A model generated the notes under the pieces. That model was not told the origin of the DNA, ran no database searches, and was given only the letters and a program-made list of their open reading frames with translations. A stretch of DNA of 8,186 bases from Eikenella sp. (GTDB lineage Bacteria > Pseudomonadota > Gammaproteobacteria > Burkholderiales > Neisseriaceae). The stretch's first letter is position 1. Each line of letters begins with the position of its first letter. The stretch is taken from positions 29,313-37,498 of the forward strand of contig JAUMZB010000019.1 of the NCBI GenBank assembly GCA_030528345.1, given 5' to 3'. Shown here one piece after another: positions 3,318 through 8,186 of the stretch. The translations under genes and the position numbers were made by a program.

Positions 3318-6209
3318 TCAGTCGCGGCGGGTTTCCACTTGTTGCAGCGCCTCCGCCAACGGCGGCTCAACGGCGGCTGGCGGCAGCTCGGAACGGCGCA
3401 AACCGCGCGGCGGCTCGGGCGCGGCTTCAGCCGGCGGCAGATCGGTTCTGGTCTGCACCCACACCAAACCGCCCAAATCCAAGCCGCCCACCGTTTCTTC
3501 CACTTTGGCCGCCGCCGCGTGACGCGACACGGGCTGCCGGCGCGACAGAAACTCGGTGCTGGCCCAGCTGCGCGGCGTGGCCGTTTCGGCCGCCTCGGTC
3601 GATGCCGCCGCCTCCCGTGTTTCGGCTGCCGGCGTTTCCACCGCCACTGCAGCCGGCTCCGCAACAGGCGCTTTACTGTTTGCCGCCGATTCGGACGGTG
3701 CCGCTTCCGCAGCAGCAAACACAAAGGTCGGCTGCGCTTCGGCAGGTTCGTCGTCATGCATGGCGGGCAGATTGATGATTAAGGGCGCTTCGCTGTCCGC
3801 CGCTGCGGCAGCTTGGTTTTCAGGCAGCCCTGCCGGCTCGGCAACTGCCGCAGCGGCAGTTTGCCGGCCGATGCCGAATACATGGTCGGCGGCGGCGCGC
3901 ACCAAATCACCCTGCAGGCGGATGTCCAGATACTGGATGATTTTTTGCGCCGAGGCAATGTTGCGCTGACGGCCTTTGCCTTTCTGGTTGCGCCGTTCGT
4001 TGCCGCCGGAGCGCTCCTGACGCTCGCGGTTGCCGGCGCGGCGCTCGCCGTTACGGCCTTTGGCCTGGTCACGCTCTTGGGCGACCGGCTCAACCGCCTG
4101 ATTCAACCCGGAAGCCGTGGGCGTATCTCCCTTGGAAACCGCCGGTGCTTCAAGCTGTGGCAAAGCAACCGCAGCAGCAGCCTCAGGGGCTACCTGAACG
4201 CCCTCGTCCTTACGCTGCTGCTGGCGGCGTTGGCGGCGGCGGTTGCCTTCCTGCTGGCTGCCGCCCTCTTCGGCGCGGTTTTCCGCTGCGCGTTCGCGGC
4301 GGTTTTGCTCCTGCTGGCGGTTGCGGCCGTTGTGGTCGGCTTGCGCTTTGTGATCGCGCTTGGGTGCACGGCTATCGCCGCTTTCTGCTGCCGGCTGCAC
4401 ACGGTTTTCCGCTTCCGCCGCCTGACGGGACGGTTGCTGGCGGTTGCGCTGACGCTGATGCGGCGCTTTGCGCGAACGGTTGCCGCCCGGATGGCGGTTG
4501 CCGTTGCGCTCGGTTTCCGGCTCTTCGGCCGCGCCGCCGAATACCCGGCCGAGCCAAGTACAGATGCTGTGCCACAAGCCGGCCGGCTTGGCCTCCACCA
4601 CCGGCGCGGGCCGGCTGTGTTTCACGCCTTTCACCGCCGGCTCGGGTTTGGCCGGTTTGGCCTGGCGCCCCACTTCCAAAGCCGGCTCGCCGTGTTCCGG
4701 TTCGGCCACCCGTTTGTAGCTCGGCTCGGGATCGTCTTCCACATTATCGGGGCGCACACGGGTCACGGTGTAGTGCGGATTTTCCAAACGCGGATTCGGA
4801 ATCATCAGAATCGACACGTCCAAACGCTCTTCCAAACCGAACAGTTCGGCGCGTTTTTCGTTCAGCAGGAAGGTGGCCACGTCCACCGGCACTTGGGCAT
4901 GCACCTCTTCGGTGTTGTCCTTCATCGCCTCTTCCTGAATGATGCGCAGCACATGCAGGGCGGTGGATTCGATGCCGCGGATAAAGCCGGTGCCGGCGCA
5001 GCGCGGGCAGGCGGTGTGGCTGCTTTCGCCCAAAGAAGGCTTCAGGCGCTGGCGGCTCAATTCGAGCAGGCCGAAGCGCGAGAGCTTGCCCATCTGCACG
5101 CGGGCGCGGTCTTTCTTCAGCGCATCGCGCAAAGTGTTTTCCACATCGCGCTGATGCTTGGGATTTTCCATGTCGATGAAGTCAATCACGATCAGGCCGC
5201 CCAAGTCGCGCAAGCGCATTTGGCGCGCCAGCTCTTCGGCCGCCTCCATATTGGTTTTGAAGGCGGTGTCTTCGATATCGGCACCGCGGGTGGCGCGCGC
5301 GGAGTTCACGTCCACCGACACCAAAGCCTCGGTGTGGTCGATCACAATCGCGCCGCCGGAAGGCAGGCTGACCGAACGCGAAAATGCGCTTTCGATCTGA
5401 TGCTCGATTTGGAAACGGGAAAACAGCGGAATGTGGTCGTTGTAGTGTTTGAGCTTGCCCACATTATTGGGCATCACATAGCTCATAAACTCTTGAACCT
5501 GCTCGTACACTTCTTGGTTGTCGATCAGGATTTCGCCGATATCGGGGCGGAAATAATCGCGTATGGCACGGATCAAGAGCGAGCTTTCCATAAACAGCAG
5601 ATAAGGCTCGTGGTGGGCACGGCCGGCAGCCTCGATATTTTGCCAAAGTTGCAGCAGGTAGTTGAAATCCCATTGCAATTCTTCCACACTGCGGCCGATG
5701 CCGGCGGTGCGGGCAATCAGGCTCATGCCGCGCGGCACGTCCAATTCGGCCATCGCCGCCTTCAACTCTTGCCGCTCCTCGCCTTCGATGCGGCGCGACA
5801 CGCCGCCGCCGCGCGGATTATTGGGCATCAACACCAGATAACGGCCGGCCAGGCTGACGAAGGTGGTGAGCGCGGCGCCTTTGTTGCCGCGCTCGTCTTT
5901 CTCCACCTGCACGATGACTTCCATGCCTTCGCGCAGCACGTCCTGAATGCGGGCGCGGCCGCCGTCATAATCTTGAAAATAAGAGCGGGAAACTTCTTTG
6001 AACGGCAGAAAGCCGTGGCGGTCGGTACCGTAATCGACAAAGCACGCCTCCAAAGAGGGCTCGATGCGGGTAATCACGCCTTTATAGACATTGCCTTTGC
6101 GCTGTTCTTTGCCCAGCGTTTCGATATCGAGGTCGAGCAAAGTCTGCCCGTCCACGATCGCCACGCGCAGCTCTTCGGCCTGCGTGGCATTGAATAACAT
6201 ACGTTTCAT
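3318..6209 (-). CDS. rne: Ribonuclease E
   Basis: The N-terminus [22 protein letters not shown] aligns with E. coli RNase E. Also present are an S1 domain, catalytic-core motifs ([16 protein letters not shown] and [10 protein letters not shown]), and the Zn-link CPRCAGTG. A long Arg/Gln/Glu/Pro-rich C-terminal scaffold region distinguishes RNase E from RNase G. I prefer ATG 6209 (AAGGTG 6 nt upstream) over the track's GTG at 6218. Confidence 0.95.
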   Translation of the reverse strand: MKRMLFNATQAEELRVAIVDGQTLLDLDIETLGKEQRKGNVYKGVITRIEPSLEACFVDYGTDRHGFLPFKEVSRSYFQDYDGGRARIQDVLREGMEVIVQVEKDERGNKGAALTTFVSLAGRYLVLMPNNPRGGGVSRRIEGEERQELKAAMAELDVPRGMSLIARTAGIGRSVEELQWDFNYLLQLWQNIEAAGRAHHEPYLLFMESSLLIRAIRDYFRPDIGEILIDNQEVYEQVQEFMSYVMPNNVGKLKHYNDHIPLFSRFQIEHQIESAFSRSVSLPSGGAIVIDHTEALVSVDVNSARATRGADIEDTAFKTNMEAAEELARQMRLRDLGGLIVIDFIDMENPKHQRDVENTLRDALKKDRARVQMGKLSRFGLLELSRQRLKPSLGESSHTACPRCAGTGFIRGIESTALHVLRIIQEEAMKDNTEEVHAQVPVDVATFLLNEKRAELFGLEERLDVSILMIPNPRLENPHYTVTRVRPDNVEDDPEPSYKRVAEPEHGEPALEVGRQAKPAKPEPAVKGVKHSRPAPVVEAKPAGLWHSICTWLGRVFGGAAEEPETERNGNRHPGGNRSRKAPHQRQRNRQQPSRQAAEAENRVQPAAESGDSRAPKRDHKAQADHNGRNRQQEQNRRERAAENRAEEGGSQQEGNRRRQRRQQQRKDEGVQVAPEAAAAVALPQLEAPAVSKGDTPTASGLNQAVEPVAQERDQAKGRNGERRAGNRERQERSGGNERRNQKGKGRQRNIASAQKIIQYLDIRLQGDLVRAAADHVFGIGRQTAAAAVAEPAGLPENQAAAAADSEAPLIINLPAMHDDEPAEAQPTFVFAAAEAAPSESAANSKAPVAEPAAVAVETPAAETREAAASTEAAETATPRSWASTEFLSRRQPVSRHAAAAKVEETVGGLDLGGLVWVQTRTDLPPAEAAPEPPRGLRRSELPPAAVEPPLAEALQQVETRRD
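4187..4198 (+). repeat. DUS-like 12-mer GGGCTACCTGAA inside rne
   Basis: Matches AGGCTACCTGAA at 11 of 12 positions, with the 10-nt core intact. Confidence 0.6.
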
Positions 6210-6600
6210 GGTGTTCACCTTAACAATTGGCAGACACCCGAACGGTAATCAGTTTTTGAGCTTTTGAAGAAGCTGTTCCAATCCGGCACCACGCTGCCTA
6301 AGCGCCGTCAGGCCAAGCCTGACGGCAGAGACGCCGCCGCAGGCCGTACCCGGACAGCCGGGAAGCAGCATTTCAGCCGGCCGCAGCAGCAAACCGGAGC
6401 GGGCAGAAATGGAACATGGTTTCCGCATGGAAAGAGAAATAAAGAACAATACCGCCTGCGGCCTTGGCCGCAGACAAAAAATCGGTGCCGTATCTTCTCA
6501 TATCGTCCGCCGCCGCAATGACGGATACCGGCGGCACAAGCGGGAACCTGCGTCTTAGGCCGGCGCGGCGGATTTAAAGTCAAACTTAATTACCCGTTTC
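6210..6600 (-). promoter_or_regulatory. Long GC-rich structured 5' leader of rne (extent and TSS unknown)
   Basis: About 550 bp separate rne from rluC without a credible ORF. Hairpins include a perfect 9-bp stem GCCGTCAGG/CCTGACGGC (6304-6326), CTGCGG/CCGCAG (6456-6473) and GCCGCCG/CGGCGGC (6509-6535). E. coli rne is autoregulated through a long 5' UTR. Confidence 0.4.
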
Positions 6601-6705
6601 CCGGCAGGCTTTGGCGGGCCGGCCGAAGAATATCGTTGCGGGTGGTCTTTTTGCGCTAAAATATTTCAACAATACATCTTGTTTGCCGGCTACCGCTTTC
6701 TTGTT

Positions 6706-6717
6706 TTCAGGTAGCCT
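6706..6717 (-). repeat. Exact DUS AGGCTACCTGAA (minus strand)
   Basis: The plus strand reads TTCAGGTAGCCT, whose reverse complement is AGGCTACCTGAA. It lies just upstream of rluC. Confidence 0.8.
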
Positions 6718-6765
6718 TTCGTCTTGGTTCGACGGCCAAACAAGACCGCGCGGATTATAGAGAAA

Positions 6766-7755
6766 ATGCCCACGATTAGCAAAGATTCAGTCAACTATTT
6801 CCACATCGGCGAAGCCGACGCCGGCCAACGGCTTGACAACTATCTGGCCAAAATCCTCAAAGGCGTGCCCAAAAGCCACATCCAACGCATCATCCGCGCC
6901 GGCGAAGTGCGCATCAACAAAAAGCGCGCCAAGCCCGAACACCGGCTGAGCCCCGGCGACCACGTACGCATTCCGCCCGTACGCACTGCTCAAAAAGCCG
7001 CACCGCCCCCCGCACCGGCCCGCGAATTCGACACCGTATTCGAAGACGACGCCCTGCTGGTGATCAACAAACCCAGCGGTGTGGCCGTGCACGGCGGCAG
7101 CGGCGTCAGCTTCGGCGTCATCGAACAATTGCGCCGCGCCCGCCCCGAAACGCGCTATCTGGAATTGGTGCACCGCCTCGACCGCGACACCAGCGGCCTC
7201 TTAATGGTGGCCAAAAAACGCAGCGCCCTGGTGAAACTGCACGAAGCGCTGCGCCAAGACCACCCGAAAAAAATCTACCTCGCCCTAGGCGTGGGCGCCT
7301 GGTCGGCCGGCAGCCGCCACGTGCGCCTGCCCCTGCTCAAATACACCGGCGCACAAGGCGAAAAAATGGTGCGCGTTTCCGAAGCAGGACAAAGCGCCCA
7401 CACCGTTTTCCGCGAACTGCAACGCTTTTCAGGTAGCCTGCTGCACCGCGTCGGCCTATCCGAACTCAGCTATGTGGAGGCCACTCTGAAAACCGGCCGC
7501 ACCCACCAAATCCGTGTCCACATGCAGGCACAGCACTGCCCGATTGCCGGCGACGAACGCTACGGCGACTACACCGCCAACAAACGCCTGCAAAAACTCG
7601 GCCTCAAACGCATGTTCCTGCACGCCCGCCGCTTGGAAATCACCCACCCGCTCAGCAACGAAGCACTCACACTAGAAGCCCCGCTGCCGCAGGAACTGCA
7701 AAATATGCTGGACATTCTGTCCACCCAAACGCCCCCCCGCCTAAACAGAATTTAG
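6766..7755 (+). CDS. rluC: 23S rRNA pseudouridine synthase RluC (RluA family)
   Basis: An N-terminal S4-like domain (GQRLDNYLAKILKGVPKSHIQRIIRAGEVRINKKRAKP) is followed by the catalytic motif HRLDRDTSGLLMVAKKRSAL and GRTHQIRVH. The protein is collinear with E. coli RluC and divergent from rne, as in E. coli. I prefer ATG 6766 (MPTISKD, 329 aa) over the track's TTG at 6724. Confidence 0.9.
   Translation: MPTISKDSVNYFHIGEADAGQRLDNYLAKILKGVPKSHIQRIIRAGEVRINKKRAKPEHRLSPGDHVRIPPVRTAQKAAPPPAPAREFDTVFEDDALLVINKPSGVAVHGGSGVSFGVIEQLRRARPETRYLELVHRLDRDTSGLLMVAKKRSALVKLHEALRQDHPKKIYLALGVGAWSAGSRHVRLPLLKYTGAQGEKMVRVSEAGQSAHTVFRELQRFSGSLLHRVGLSELSYVEATLKTGRTHQIRVHMQAQHCPIAGDERYGDYTANKRLQKLGLKRMFLHARRLEITHPLSNEALTLEAPLPQELQNMLDILSTQTPPRLNRI
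7428..7439 (-). repeat. Exact DUS AGGCTACCTGAA (minus strand) inside rluC
   Basis: The plus strand reads TTCAGGTAGCCT. Confidence 0.8.
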
Positions 7756-7877
7756 CGCCCCCGGGCACCCCATCACCAAACCAGACAAAAATGTAGGCAC
7801 CACCCATCGGGTGAAACAAGGCACAACACCAACCGCCCCAACTTCCACTCCGCAGCCGGTTTCAATTAAATTCATAT

Positions 7878-7906
7878 TTGATAAAGATTCTTAACATTGG
7901 TATGAT
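7878..7906 (+). promoter_or_regulatory. Strong sigma70-like promoter TTGATA-N17-TATGAT for the downstream lipoprotein gene
   Basis: The -35 is TTGATA (7878-7883), the spacer is 17 nt, and the -10 is TATGAT (7901-7906). The context is AT-rich. A 9-bp direct repeat GATTCTTAA (7886-7894 and 7904-7912) overlaps the spacer and the -10. Confidence 0.55.
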
Positions 7907-7914
7907 TCTTAATA

Positions 7915-7943
7915 CGGCGGACTGGATACCGCCGCGATTTTGG
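7915..7943 (+). promoter_or_regulatory. Leader hairpin CGGCGG-ACTGGATA-CCGCCG followed by CGATTTTGG
   Basis: The 6-bp GC stem (7915-7920 with 7929-7934) sits at the predicted transcript 5' end and is followed by a short T-run. It could be a 5' stabiliser, an attenuator, or a weak rluC terminator. Confidence 0.3.
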
Positions 7944-8006
7944 CATGCACCTCCTCCCTGTATGTCCTTCTCTTCCCAATCTTGCATCAACATCAGGATC
8001 GTTTCC

Positions 8007-8186
8007 ATGAACCCTTTATCGAAGAAAAACCTCTTAGCCATCGCCTGCGTTTTGGCACTGAGTGCCTGCGGCAGCAGCGGCAGCGGCAACGCCTTGTCTG
8101 TTCAACCAAACACGCCCAAACCCGAAGCACCCAAATCTCAGGATCCGAAGCCCCAGCCTCAAGATCCGGCACCACAACCTCAAGAT
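8007..8186 (+). CDS. Lipoprotein, 5' part (3'-truncated by the window edge)
   Basis: An AGGAT motif lies 7 nt upstream of ATG 8007. The 60 codons are open to the window end: MNPLSKKNLLAIACVLALSACGSSGSGNALSVQPNTPKPEAPKSQDPKPQPQDPAPQPQD. This gives a signal peptide with lipobox LSAC (Cys21) followed by a Gly/Ser and then a Pro/Gln-rich linker. The ORF is absent from the track because it has no stop in the window. Confidence 0.8.
   Translation, partial: MNPLSKKNLLAIACVLALSACGSSGSGNALSVQPNTPKPEAPKSQDPKPQPQDPAPQPQD

Noticed and set aside
2978-4942. Off-frame ORFs over the rne 3' half (2978-3757 minus, 3205-3522, 3339-3782, 3556-3969, 3779-4093, 4145-4942, 4190-4575 and others)
   Set aside because: Their products are extremely Arg/Pro/Ala/Cys-rich. 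All overlap the low-complexity rne C-terminal coding region, and they have no RBS or start context. The 2978-3757 ORF would also read through the rne terminator.
3813-6197. 794-aa ORF antisense to rne
   Set aside because: It is fully nested opposite a gene with unmistakable RNase E homology. The product is Ala/Gly/Arg/Leu-rich with no recognisable motifs. This is the classic open antisense frame of a GC-rich, codon-biased gene.
6210-6218. GTG start at 6218 for rne and TTG start at 6724 for rluC, as in the ORF track
   Set aside because: The downstream ATGs (6209 and 6766) align with the E. coli N-termini, and 6209 has an AAGGTG RBS. The track simply reports the longest ORFs.
6249-6583. Three ORFs of 66-91 aa in the rne-rluC intergenic region
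   Set aside because: They overlap one another on both strands and their products are Cys/Arg/Gly/Pro-rich. The region is better explained as structured leader RNA.
6787-7647. Antisense ORFs within rluC (6787-7173 and 7456-7647)
   Set aside because: They lie opposite a gene with strong RluC homology and carry no independent signals.
7771-7860. C+A-rich, strand-asymmetric tract downstream of rluC (about three quarters C+A by hand count)
   Set aside because: I could find no repeat unit, ORF or convincing structure. It is most simply the rluC 3' UTR or spacer, and composition alone does not make it a feature.
7862-8175. Minus-strand ORFs 7862-8089 and 7993-8175
   Set aside because: They lie antisense to a + ORF with a textbook signal peptide and lipobox, and they run across its promoter. 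Neither has an RBS.
1-8186. Scan for tRNA, rRNA, CRISPR arrays and tandem repeats
   Set aside because: No cloverleaf-like T-arm motifs, regularly spaced repeats or rRNA-like segments were seen. The only periodic signals are the codon-level Arg-rich repeats in rne.

Overview
This is a Neisseriaceae-type chromosomal window. The recurring DNA uptake sequence is AGGCTACCTGAA, which I recall as the Eikenella-type DUS dialect. The left third (1 to about 3220) is the right arm of an integrated filamentous (inovirus) prophage resembling Neisseria Nf/MDA. It holds the 3' end of an upstream gene, then a 94-aa membrane protein translationally coupled to a Zot/pI-family assembly ATPase. A hairpin-rich, ORF-poor spacer follows, then an IS110/Piv-family DEDD recombinase, the integrase type used by Nf phages. 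The recombinase gene is bracketed by short inverted and direct repeats. Downstream of it lie an AT-rich sigma70-like promoter and a unit of about 175 bp closed by a perfect 13-bp inverted repeat, which I flag as a candidate guide (bridge/seek-type) RNA or a MITE. The right two thirds are housekeeping genes: rne (RNase E, minus strand) with an intrinsic terminator and a long structured leader, divergent rluC, and a strong promoter driving the 5' end of a lipoprotein gene with a Pro/Gln-rich linker. I saw no tRNA, rRNA or CRISPR array. Most long antisense and off-frame ORFs in the track are GC-bias artefacts. The most novel-looking part is the recombinase module and its flanks, and all functional claims about it are inference.
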